Positions 8,752 through 16,796 of a stretch of DNA of 38,860 nt are shown piece after piece. The stretch lies in IMG/VR virus record IMGVR_UViG_2713896899_000004; one strand, written 5' to 3'. Numbering within the stretch: position 1 is the first letter of the stretch; every line of letters begins with the position of its first letter. The notes below the pieces were generated by a model, which had not been told where the DNA came from, made no database searches, and saw only the letters and a list, made by a program, of their open reading frames with translations. Origin of the DNA: a virus. Its lineage: Duplodnaviria > Heunggongvirae > Uroviricota > Caudoviricetes. The position numbers and the translations under genes are program-made.

Positions 8752-9933
8752 ATGAGCCTTTATGTTATATCAACATTTAGGTTGGTCACAATATTGCCTG
8801 TTAAAAGTGGAATTATCGTGAGCGAGCTGAAAGAGCTAATTGCCGAATTAGATTTTGAACAATGGTTGGATACTGAAGGTATCGTTTATCGACGTGGAGG
8901 TGTGAGTGCTCGCGGTCGTGAAGTGAATATCAAGGAGTGTCCGGTATGCGGCAGCTCCAACTGGAAGGTATATTTCAATCTGACCAGTGGTGTCGGCAAA
9001 TGCTTTGCTGGTGATCATCCCGAAGAGATTCAGTTCAATAAGCTGGTCTTCCTCAAGCACTACAGCGGCAAATCACGACGACAGTTCGAGGAATATGTGC
9101 AGAACGCCCTTCTTTCCCAGGGGTGGGCACCAAAGAAAGAAGAGATAGTGCTTGCAAGCACAGTCGAGTTAGAGGGACCACTTGCACTCCCTCGTCATTA
9201 CGAACTTCCTATAGATGGCCGTCTTCCAGACTATCTGGTTGAACGAAACATATCGCCTGAAATGGCAAAGTATTTTGACCTACGATACTGCGTCGAAGGT
9301 AAGCACGCATATGTAGATCCGTATACAGATCAGGTTAAAGGACAGATATTCGATATGCGAATACTGATACCGGTTTACGATCTGGATGGGGTAATGAAGA
9401 CATTTCAGGGACGAGACATTACCGGTACAGCAGAACGCCGCTACCTCTTTCCTATGCAGCTTCCAGCTTCAGGTAAGTTTCTCTACAACGGCCATAATGC
9501 GGTCGGCAAACAGACTGTAGTTGTCTGTGAGGGGGCGTTCGATGTTATGGGGGTTAAACGAGCTATTTTTGATGAAGAAACATTACGTGATTACGTGGAA
9601 CCAATAGGAACGTTCGGGATGCATCTATCTGGCAACACCACTCAGGATGCAGAAGATCAGTTGGGCGCGTTCCTGACGCTCAAGGCGCGTGGATTACGTA
9701 ATGTGATCATGATGTGGGATAGTGAAAAGCAAGCTATACGAAACACTATGGCCGCAGCCAGGCGACTGACCAGTATCGGTCTTAATGTCAAAGTTGCGTG
9801 TTTGGGTGAGGAAGGACTCGACCCAGGCGGTGCAACGCCAGAACAAATTATCAAAGCCTATTATCGGGCAAAACCGTATACCAAACAGTTGGAGTTGCAA
9901 AGCAAGGTTTTGGGCATTAAGGCTCTATCGTAA
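8752..9933 (+). CDS. DNA primase (zinc-ribbon plus TOPRIM)
   Basis: CPVCGSSNWKV...C..GDH zinc-ribbon; TOPRIM-like VVVCEGAFD and MMWDSEK. Start uncertain (8680 in track, 8752 after aaaacacATG, or GTG 8818). Confidence 0.55.
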   Translation: MSLYVISTFRLVTILPVKSGIIVSELKELIAELDFEQWLDTEGIVYRRGGVSARGREVNIKECPVCGSSNWKVYFNLTSGVGKCFAGDHPEEIQFNKLVFLKHYSGKSRRQFEEYVQNALLSQGWAPKKEEIVLASTVELEGPLALPRHYELPIDGRLPDYLVERNISPEMAKYFDLRYCVEGKHAYVDPYTDQVKGQIFDMRILIPVYDLDGVMKTFQGRDITGTAERRYLFPMQLPASGKFLYNGHNAVGKQTVVVCEGAFDVMGVKRAIFDEETLRDYVEPIGTFGMHLSGNTTQDAEDQLGAFLTLKARGLRNVIMMWDSEKQAIRNTMAAARRLTSIGLNVKVACLGEEGLDPGGATPEQIIKAYYRAKPYTKQLELQSKVLGIKALS

Positions 9934-10008
9934 CAAACGCCGTTAAAATAAGTAGATGATTACTTATCTTTCTGTAAGAATACTTTCATCTGTTAGCTAG
10001 GAGTTGGT

Positions 10009-10785
10009 ATGAAAGACGAAATTCAGAAATTAGCCTGCGACATCATTGATAAAACTGGTTTAGAAATCAGCGAGAGCAATCGACTAGACATCATTGAAAA
10101 AGCCGTAAAAACAGCAATGGATCATATCGCCACTCGTTTGGTTGAGATCCCGCTACCAGGGCTACCTTATCTGAAAGTTGAGTTACACGTATGGGGTGAA
10201 CCTTCTTGTGCACGGCGTTCTGCATTAGTTGTTTTTATTAGCAAAGAAAACCCGATCAGTCTTAAAGTGCAGGTTGGAGCATGGCTTGATGGCAGAGTGA
10301 TCTACACAAATACCGTTTTTTGTCTTTCAAACGACGAAACTATTGAAGCAGCCATTCAAGAAGCAGTTCTAGCAATGCGCAGCAGCGGTTTGATGAAGAA
10401 TAACTACGAAGAGTACTTGCGTTCGATAAGTGGTGAAAAGACATTATCTCTGAAAGCAGATTTCGTTACCCCGAAAAATCTGTTGGAAGTTTTGATTAAT
10501 AAAGGGGCTAATAGTGCCGTAAATGTAATCAGAGAGAGTGAATACGCGTCTCTTTGGGACATGTGCAAAAGCCAGTTGGATCTGGTGCATATCGTTATTG
10601 ATGCGGGGAAGGCATGTGATGGCGTAATGGCGGAATTTGCTGGGAAGATGGTCAGGATTGCTAACGAATTACCGATGATAGAGCAAGAGGCTAAATCATA
10701 CGCCACCAATCATGTCACAGAGCTTCTTGTCCCCTATCGCTTAGAAAGCAATCAGCGCAAGATGGTTAGCTGGGGAAGTTGGTAA
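10009..10785 (+). CDS. Hypothetical protein
   Basis: RBS aggag upstream of ATG; 258 aa. Confidence 0.5.
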   Translation: MKDEIQKLACDIIDKTGLEISESNRLDIIEKAVKTAMDHIATRLVEIPLPGLPYLKVELHVWGEPSCARRSALVVFISKENPISLKVQVGAWLDGRVIYTNTVFCLSNDETIEAAIQEAVLAMRSSGLMKNNYEEYLRSISGEKTLSLKADFVTPKNLLEVLINKGANSAVNVIRESEYASLWDMCKSQLDLVHIVIDAGKACDGVMAEFAGKMVRIANELPMIEQEAKSYATNHVTELLVPYRLESNQRKMVSWGSW

Positions 10786-10841
10786 TCTCTCCGCGCGTCG
10801 TTTTTTTACGCAAACAATGATAGGTAAGTACAAGATTATTT

Positions 10842-11324
10842 GTGGCGGTGGTTGTGAAAGCTGATTTGTCAAAAATCCCTTCTATTTCAGGAAATAATGG
10901 TTATTCACTTCGTTGTGAGGAAGTAAAGATAAACGGTGAGTCGGCATACTGCAGCTACTCCGTTTGCCAGCACACCATTCTTGCCTTCAAAGAAAACCGT
11001 CTTCCTCGAACTTCATTCCAGTCGTGCGCAACCGCTATCAAAGCAGGCAAATGCAAGGCGTTAAAAATGATGGTTGAAGAGATTCGTAAAGGAGAATCTC
11101 TGTATTTCGAAGATATGACCGCGCTCATTAAGGAGGTTGAAGAACGGAATAAACAAGCCAGAACTATAAAACGAAAACGTGACAGTGTAACGATTAGTAG
11201 CATGGTTAAGAAGAGCGCCACATCACAAACAGCGATCACTGACGTGTATGCGGCGTTGCTTGAAGAAACAACAAAAGAAACACATGAGCAAATCGATCAA
11301 CATATGGAGGCAAAACAACAATGA
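10842..11324 (+). CDS. Hypothetical protein (Cys-containing N-terminus, coiled-coil C-terminus)
   Basis: ORF ends in an ATGA overlap with the ligase start; start codon uncertain (GTG). Confidence 0.4.
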   Translation: MAVVVKADLSKIPSISGNNGYSLRCEEVKINGESAYCSYSVCQHTILAFKENRLPRTSFQSCATAIKAGKCKALKMMVEEIRKGESLYFEDMTALIKEVEERNKQARTIKRKRDSVTISSMVKKSATSQTAITDVYAALLEETTKETHEQIDQHMEAKQQ

Positions 11325-12643
11325 AAAAGTTGATCGCACTTAAGCATAAGCTGGACGAAATGAAAGCTATGGGAACCAATGCAAAAAAAGAGGCATTGGC
11401 CAACATGGATGACTTTGAACAAAGCATGGTTTCATTGATGCTCAACCCTTTCATCCGTTTTGGGGTAAAGAAATACAAAGTGGCAGAGCCGCTTAGTGAG
11501 TCCGTCCCAAGTGACGAAAAAGCCATTGATGTACTGAATAAGCTGGCCTCTCGCGAGCTGACGGGGAACGCAGCAATAGCAGCTGTTGAGTCTATCGTGG
11601 CGTCAATGTGCGCCGATGGGCAGGACGTGTTCCGTCGTTTCCTCTTAAAAGACCCGAAAGCAGGTGTTGGGATTAGCCTATGCAACAAGGTTTTTGAAAA
11701 TCCCATTCCGAAATTCGAGGTGCAGCTGGCGTCACCGTATAAAGAAAAAGGCGACAAATACCCCTTCAAGCCAAATCCTAAAGCCAAATGGCCGATGATT
11801 GGCAGCCTTAAGCTCGATGGTTTGCGAGTAATTTGTGAGGTTATTGTTGACGAGGAAGAGGTTAACTTCCTTTCTCGTACTGGTAATCCAATCACGTCTC
11901 TCGATCACCTAAAGCCAGCAATGCTCGAATTAGGCAAACTCTCAGGCCACAAACACATCTTCTTCGATGGTGAAGGAACAGCCGGTTCATTTAACCAGTC
12001 CGTATCTGCATTGCGCAAAAAGAACGTGCAGGCAATTGGCGCTATTTATCATGTTTTCGACTTCTTCCTACCGGAATGGCGGGCACAGGCTAAATCCAAA
12101 GAGTATGCAAAGACAGGTATGAAGCTGAAAGAGCGCCTGGCTATGCTCGTGGCGTTGTTCAAAAACGATCGCAGTGAAGGCTACGCACAAGACATTCACC
12201 TGCATCCGTTCTACATCATCCATAGCCACGAAGACTTCATCGAACGCTTCATGAAACGCCTGGACGATAACGAAGAAGGGGAGATGGGCAAAGATCCGAA
12301 CTCTGTTTACGAGTTTAAACGTACCCGCAGCTGGTGGAAGTTAAAAGACGAAGATTCAGAAGATGGTGAAATTATCGACTTTGAGCCGGGCGACCCGGAC
12401 TCTGGTTTTGCCAACACACTTGGAAAAATTGTTATTCGTCTTGAAAACGGCGTCATCGTTCGTGCGAGCGGCATTAAGCATAAATATCTGGACGAGATCT
12501 GGAACAACAAAGAGAAGTACCGTGGTCGTATTGTCGAGGTTCATTGTCACGAGAAAACACCGGACGGCAGCTTACGCCACCCACGACTGAAATGGCCGCG
12601 TTGCTTACGCGATACAGAAGATCGAATCGGAGATAAAGAATGA
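11321..12643 (+). CDS. ATP-dependent DNA ligase
   Basis: Adenylation motif I KxDG present as SLKLDGLRV; 440 aa. Confidence 0.7.
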   Translation: MKKLIALKHKLDEMKAMGTNAKKEALANMDDFEQSMVSLMLNPFIRFGVKKYKVAEPLSESVPSDEKAIDVLNKLASRELTGNAAIAAVESIVASMCADGQDVFRRFLLKDPKAGVGISLCNKVFENPIPKFEVQLASPYKEKGDKYPFKPNPKAKWPMIGSLKLDGLRVICEVIVDEEEVNFLSRTGNPITSLDHLKPAMLELGKLSGHKHIFFDGEGTAGSFNQSVSALRKKNVQAIGAIYHVFDFFLPEWRAQAKSKEYAKTGMKLKERLAMLVALFKNDRSEGYAQDIHLHPFYIIHSHEDFIERFMKRLDDNEEGEMGKDPNSVYEFKRTRSWWKLKDEDSEDGEIIDFEPGDPDSGFANTLGKIVIRLENGVIVRASGIKHKYLDEIWNNKEKYRGRIVEVHCHEKTPDGSLRHPRLKWPRCLRDTEDRIGDKE

Positions 12644-12819
12644 TGCTCGGCTGGATGATTGCATTTTTAGCGGTTGGTTTTTTAATCGGTATTGTGGTGA
12701 TGTCCAGTTGCATCAATGACTACATTAAAAGCGGTGTTATAGAACGACGCGGTCGTATTTATCGCATTGTAGAAATAACCCACACAGTGAAGGAGATTAA
12801 GGATGATCGTATTAAGTAA
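12640..12819 (+). CDS. Small single-pass membrane protein (59 aa), not in the ORF track
   Basis: ATGA overlap with ligase stop; TM helix then GRIYRIVEITHTVKE tail; paralogous to ORF 13015-13167. Confidence 0.4.
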   Translation: MMLGWMIAFLAVGFLIGIVVMSSCINDYIKSGVIERRGRIYRIVEITHTVKEIKDDRIK

Positions 12820-13018
12820 GCGGGAGAAGGAAACGCTTCATGAAATCAGTAAGTGGCCGGAGTTCCCTGAGTACTGGAAGCCTAAAACGCGGGCTAAGTT
12901 AGAGCGTTTAGGGTTGGTTGCAAACGTTTCTGAAACGAAGTGTTCGGCCAACTACCAGTTAACTGATAAAGGGAAAGTATTGCTACAGCAATTAGTAGAA
13001 TCAGGAGTGTTAAAATGA
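12803..13018 (+). CDS. Hypothetical protein
   Basis: RBS aaggag upstream of ATG; 71 aa. Confidence 0.5.
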   Translation: MIVLSKREKETLHEISKWPEFPEYWKPKTRAKLERLGLVANVSETKCSANYQLTDKGKVLLQQLVESGVLK

Positions 13019-13167
13019 TTCCATACATCTCATTAGCTTTTATGGGTGGCTTCCTTATCGGCTTCGGCATCTGTCGTGATTTAATTAAGCAGGAACTTAA
13101 AACCAAAACACTGTGCATCGGAAAGCGTGTGTATCGGGTAGTTCATGAAACAAAGGTGAAAAAATGA
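13015..13167 (+). CDS. Small single-pass membrane protein (50 aa), paralogue of 12640-12819
   Basis: ATGA overlaps on both sides; TM helix then KRVYRVVHETKVKK tail. Confidence 0.4.
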   Translation: MIPYISLAFMGGFLIGFGICRDLIKQELKTKTLCIGKRVYRVVHETKVKK

Positions 13168-13454
13168 GCAATTTAACTTCTTGGGAATGGTGGTTGGCCA
13201 CCTATTTCTTAGCGGCCGGAGTCGCATTCGCCTTTTACGTAGGTCAGTTAGTCGTAAAACTGTTGCTGATTAAATTTGCTAGTCATAAACGTATCGATGA
13301 TGGTCTGTGGCGTCTTGGCACCCTGGTGGAAACTCGCTACGGGCAACTTAAGGAGAACGAAACCATTACTATCCAAGCGAAACGATTCACTGCCACCATC
13401 ACAAGAACACCTAGTCGTAGAGTGGCCTTGATCAAAAAAGGCACAACCGAATAA
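13164..13454 (+). CDS. Small membrane protein
   Basis: N-terminal TM helix (WWLATYFLAAGVAFAFYVGQLVV); translationally coupled to upstream ORF. Confidence 0.5.
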   Translation: MSNLTSWEWWLATYFLAAGVAFAFYVGQLVVKLLLIKFASHKRIDDGLWRLGTLVETRYGQLKENETITIQAKRFTATITRTPSRRVALIKKGTTE

Positions 13455-13460
13455 AACACA

Positions 13461-13486
13461 ATGATAAGTATTTACTTACTTATCAT
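13461..13486. promoter_or_regulatory. Perfect dyad atgataagta-N6-tacttatcat (operator- or promoter-like)
   Basis: 10-bp arms are exact reverse complements; member of a dispersed ATAAGTA/TACTTAT family. Confidence 0.5.
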
Positions 13487-14246
13487 TTACGTATAAGATG
13501 ACTTTGTTTTCGTTGAGACGCGACTGTTTGAACTTAAATACAAGTGCAAACGAAGAAGTCTATCTGGCAGTAGCCTAATAAGCCAAACACCAGCGAGGTC
13601 AGTTTCCAGCCTCGTTACCGAAATGGGACACACTGAGCGAGTGTGATTGCAGAACGCAGGATAGGGCATAGACAGCCAAACCACTATGCCCTATTCGATG
13701 AAGTAACAGAATGGGCGGTTGGTATATTTTCAACTCCATATGACTCCCGGATTCTTAGCCACTGACCGCCCATCCTGTTACGTCATTTTGTTCAATTATG
13801 TCGTTTATACTGGGTTAAAAAGCGGCGACGTAGCCCGGCTGGTATGGTTAGCCAGCACACAACGTTGAGGCCATTACATTTTTATCAATTCTAAGGTTCT
13901 ATTCACAGAGATACCGGCGAGCGTTGATATGTAACATGTTGGGCAAACATTCAATCGGAGTAGTGGCCTCAACGTTGTGAAGACAGGATAGTTGTTGTAG
14001 GTTTAACCACTGTTGCCATTGGTGCCTGTTTTCACAACAAATGATTCCATACATCACATTGTATAAATTACAAAGTAGGTGCTGTCCTCAGAAACATCAT
14101 CTACTTAAAGAATTTGCCTTCTACTATTGAGCGAAGTCGAAAGCGTCTGGCACTAACGAAAAGTGCAAGTAGCGGTGCGTTTCCTGGCAGAAACTAAACC
14201 GTCGCGATTGGCACTGTTGAGTAATAAATACTGGCAGTGCCGAATT

Positions 14247-14321
14247 GATGGTGTAGCTCAGCGGTAGAGCAGTTGGCTGTTAACCAACTGGTCGGTGGTT
14301 CGAATCCACCCACCATCGCCA
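14247..14321 (+). tRNA. tRNA-Asn (anticodon GTT)
   Basis: Hand-folded cloverleaf: 7-bp acceptor gatggtg/caccatc, anticodon loop ctGTTaa, T-loop ttcgaat, 3' CCA encoded; differs from the E. coli tRNA-Asn sequence. Confidence 0.8.
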
Positions 14322-14323
14322 AT

Positions 14324-14399
14324 GCCGGTTTAGCTCAGTTGGTAGAGCGCCTGCCTTGTAAGCAGGATGTCAGCGGTTCGAGTCCGTTAACCGGCACCA
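14324..14399 (+). tRNA. tRNA-Thr (anticodon TGT)
   Basis: Acceptor gccggtt/aaccggc, D-arm gctcagttggtagagc, anticodon loop ctTGTaa, T-loop ttcgagt, CCA encoded. Confidence 0.8.
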
Positions 14400-14623
14400 A
14401 TACAACGATAAGATCATTACGGTTAATCGTCGTTCATGTGCACAATGACTGGTCGAAAGGTAGTGATCTTACCGTTGTGGTGGATTCGCAGACTGATGCG
14501 ATAGCTTTCTTGGATGTTAGGGAAATGCGGCCGCAAATCTTCCCTTTCGCGAGCGGTGATCGTCCGTAGTCCTAATTGGCTGCACCGTATGCCGGAGATT
14601 CAGTACCGGCCACCACAACGGCC

Positions 14624-14710
14624 GGAGAGTAGGGAGCATGGTGCTCAAGCGGTCTTGAAAACCGCCCCATTGCGCAAGCGATGATGGTTCGATTCCATTA
14701 CTCTCCGCCA
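14624..14710 (+). tRNA. tRNA-Ser (anticodon TGA), class II with long variable arm
   Basis: Acceptor ggagagt/actctcc, anticodon stem-loop gcggt-ctTGAaa-accgc, long variable arm, T-loop ttcgatt, CCA encoded; D-arm slightly irregular. Confidence 0.65.
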
Positions 14711-14712
14711 GA

Positions 14713-14790
14713 CACAGCGTTGAGCGGTTTGGCCTTTTAATCACCCAGATTAAGACTCCGCTAACATAAACCAGACCGCTCAACGCTGTG
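14713..14790. repeat. Long hairpin (about 20-bp stem, 38-nt loop) immediately 3' of tRNA-Ser
   Basis: cacagcgttgagcggt (14713-14728) is the exact reverse complement of 14775-14790. Confidence 0.6.
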
Positions 14791-14864
14791 ATTGACAATT
14801 ACGGCAGACGTTCTTAACCATAGCTTGCTAACATCCTAGCAACACTTTTTTCAGCGCAAAATTC

Positions 14865-14887
14865 AAAGGGGCTTCGGCCCCTTTTTT
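14865..14887. terminator. Bidirectional rho-independent terminator
   Basis: aaaggggc-ttcg-gcccc-tttttt; closes the tRNA island on the plus strand and the minus-strand ORF 14903-16165. Confidence 0.65.
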
Positions 14888-14902
14888 GTTGAACAGTGCA
14901 AT

Positions 14903-16165
14903 TTACTTTACATAGTCGCCCAGTTTTAATATTTCGCGCTTATATTCTTTAACCATGTCACAGGATTCAATGTAAATTCGATGTAAAAGACTGCCGTTAT
15001 CTTTATTTTCATTTATCTTAATTAGTGCTAATTTATATTCATAGTCATCAAATGCCACAATTAAATGGTGGCCTGGGATTATATCTTCGTCACTCTTAAA
15101 GTATATATCTTCAAGTATGTAATCTAGTTGATTAGATTTTCTTTTCTCGATGTAATCTTCAGCCATAGCTATTACATCATTCCTGTCATTTAACCTGTTT
15201 TTTTCGGAAGGCACATCTTCGTAATGTTGCACGATTGAACAACCAATAAGGCGTGGGATGTAAACGTCAAAATGAGTAACTCTATCATTCGCGGTTTTAA
15301 GTAGTTCCTCAAAGTAGTTTCTTACATGTAAAGGCAACTTCTCAAAGTAATCATTAATTATAGGAGAACAAGGAGTTTTATAATTCATAAGAACCGACGG
15401 TACGAGCTTTGGGTGTCGAAACATCCAGTCCCTTTTAACGTCCGATGGAACATAATAACTTTTAATGATATTATCAAAATAATTTATCATTCGAGATTTG
15501 AATATTTTGTTGAATCTAAGGTTTATGAATGTATCCAGATAAGGCATATTTGAATAAGCATCATCAAAAAATATTTCATCATTGAAAAAATCATATTTAT
15601 TCAATAAACAACACAGTTTTTCCGAATTAATATGTTCACAATAATCGATTTTTAATCCAAAGATAGCAATGATCAACTTCATCTGAGGTGGGATTTTAAA
15701 AATTAATTGTGACACATACGCTCTTTTTTCCTTGAGACATTCCCCATCAATATAAAATGAACCATCCACATACTCAAATATATTAATAATATGCTTCACA
15801 TACTGTATTACCTCATGCTGTCTTACCAATGGGTAATATAGTCTATGTAACTCATCGCTGTTTAAATTAATTTTGTGTTTATCGATAATTTGTTTTGCAA
15901 GAAGACATAACTCATCATGTTGATTTAATAAGGAATCAAACCATTGTTTAAATGCACTCTTTCGCATTTCGAACAATGATTCAGTTGTTAATTGAAGGGC
16001 TGAAAAAGCTGCTTTTGCACTTTTTCTCGCTTCGTAGGCATTCCATGCTGTTGCTATAAAAGCAAATGCTGTAGCCAATGTTCCAACAGTTTGACCATTT
16101 AAAACAACCCAATCCCAAAAAATGACGGTGAGCAGTAGTATAATAATGAAAATTAAAAAAGGCAT
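14903..16165 (-). CDS. AT-rich membrane-anchored protein of unknown function (candidate defence / abortive-infection cargo)
   Basis: 420-aa ORF on the opposite strand from almost all other genes; N-terminal hydrophobic helices then a large Asn/Lys/Tyr/Phe/Ile-rich soluble domain; strongly AT-rich; own terminator. Confidence 0.55.
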   Translation of the reverse strand: MPFLIFIIILLLTVIFWDWVVLNGQTVGTLATAFAFIATAWNAYEARKSAKAAFSALQLTTESLFEMRKSAFKQWFDSLLNQHDELCLLAKQIIDKHKINLNSDELHRLYYPLVRQHEVIQYVKHIINIFEYVDGSFYIDGECLKEKRAYVSQLIFKIPPQMKLIIAIFGLKIDYCEHINSEKLCCLLNKYDFFNDEIFFDDAYSNMPYLDTFINLRFNKIFKSRMINYFDNIIKSYYVPSDVKRDWMFRHPKLVPSVLMNYKTPCSPIINDYFEKLPLHVRNYFEELLKTANDRVTHFDVYIPRLIGCSIVQHYEDVPSEKNRLNDRNDVIAMAEDYIEKRKSNQLDYILEDIYFKSDEDIIPGHHLIVAFDDYEYKLALIKINENKDNGSLLHRIYIESCDMVKEYKREILKLGDYVK

Positions 16166-16339
16166 GTATGTATTTCACTCTACTAACTATAAAATATTAG
16201 GGTAATGTTAACCAAACAATGCCTTAATTAATAGATTGATCGAGGCTTTAATAGCTTTATAATGCAGACTGCAATGATAAGTATGCACATACCTATCTTC
16301 TTTGTAAGTAAAGTTGCATATCAATTCTATGAGGTAACA

Positions 16340-16585
16340 ATGACGATCACTATCTACGGACGAGATAACTGCTCATACTGCAAACGTGCGGTCGAGCTGG
16401 CGAAGCAACTAAAGGGACATGGCTACGGTGATTATGAGTACATCGACATCACCACTGCCGGTATCGACAAGGAAAAACTTAGTGAAATTGTTGGTAAACC
16501 GGTAGAGACTATCCCCCAGGTACTGATCGATGGCCAACCGATTGGCGGATACACAGAACTGGCTGCATACGTCAGCACCCTCTGA
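16340..16585 (+). CDS. Glutaredoxin / NrdH-like redoxin
   Basis: CSYC active-site motif near the N-terminus (TIYGRDNCSYCKRA); 81 aa; start set at ATG 16340 with RBS gagg; followed by a terminator. Confidence 0.6.
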   Translation: MTITIYGRDNCSYCKRAVELAKQLKGHGYGDYEYIDITTAGIDKEKLSEIVGKPVETIPQVLIDGQPIGGYTELAAYVSTL

Positions 16586-16588
16586 TTT

Positions 16589-16614
16589 AAACGGCTCACA
16601 GGAGCCGTTTTTTA
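16589..16614 (+). terminator. Rho-independent terminator
   Basis: acggctc-acag-gagccgt followed by TTTTTT. Confidence 0.65.
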
Positions 16615-16665
16615 TTCCCACCAAACTCACTCCTGTTTCCCTTAAAATTCAAAAAACAACGTCTA

Positions 16666-16698
16666 AATGATTCCATACCTACTATGTATGGAATCATT
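16666..16698. repeat. Perfect palindrome aatgattccatac-ctactat-gtatggaatcatt upstream of integrase (candidate att or integrase-binding site)
   Basis: 13-bp arms are exact reverse complements; the core aaatgattccatac also occurs at 13012-13028 and 14037-14053. Confidence 0.5.
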
Positions 16699-16796
16699 AC
16701 TGAAAATGAGTTACTTTTACTCTTGATCCTATAAGAATCTATGCCTAATATACTGTTTACTTATACAGTGAATCGGCGTAACTCGGTGATTGTCAT

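Noticed and set aside
10897-10926. ATG with a good RBS (aggaaa) inside ORF 10842-11324
   Set aside because: It is out of frame with the long ORF and terminates after 9 codons.
11236-11895. 219-aa minus-strand ORF
   Set aside because: Lies entirely antisense within the DNA ligase gene, which has clear catalytic motifs; no RBS; typical shadow ORF.
13487-13684. 65-aa minus-strand ORF in the non-coding region before the tRNA island
   Set aside because: No RBS, overlaps strong hairpins, and lies in a region otherwise devoid of coding signal.
14273-14569. Plus-strand 98-aa ORF
   Set aside because: It spans the tRNA-Asn and tRNA-Thr genes and the spacer; the tRNA cloverleaves explain the sequence.
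16262-16339. Upstream 26-codon extension of the glutaredoxin-like ORF
   Set aside because: No RBS at 16262, whereas ATG 16340 has a gagg RBS and starts directly at the redoxin fold (MTITIYGRDNCSYC).
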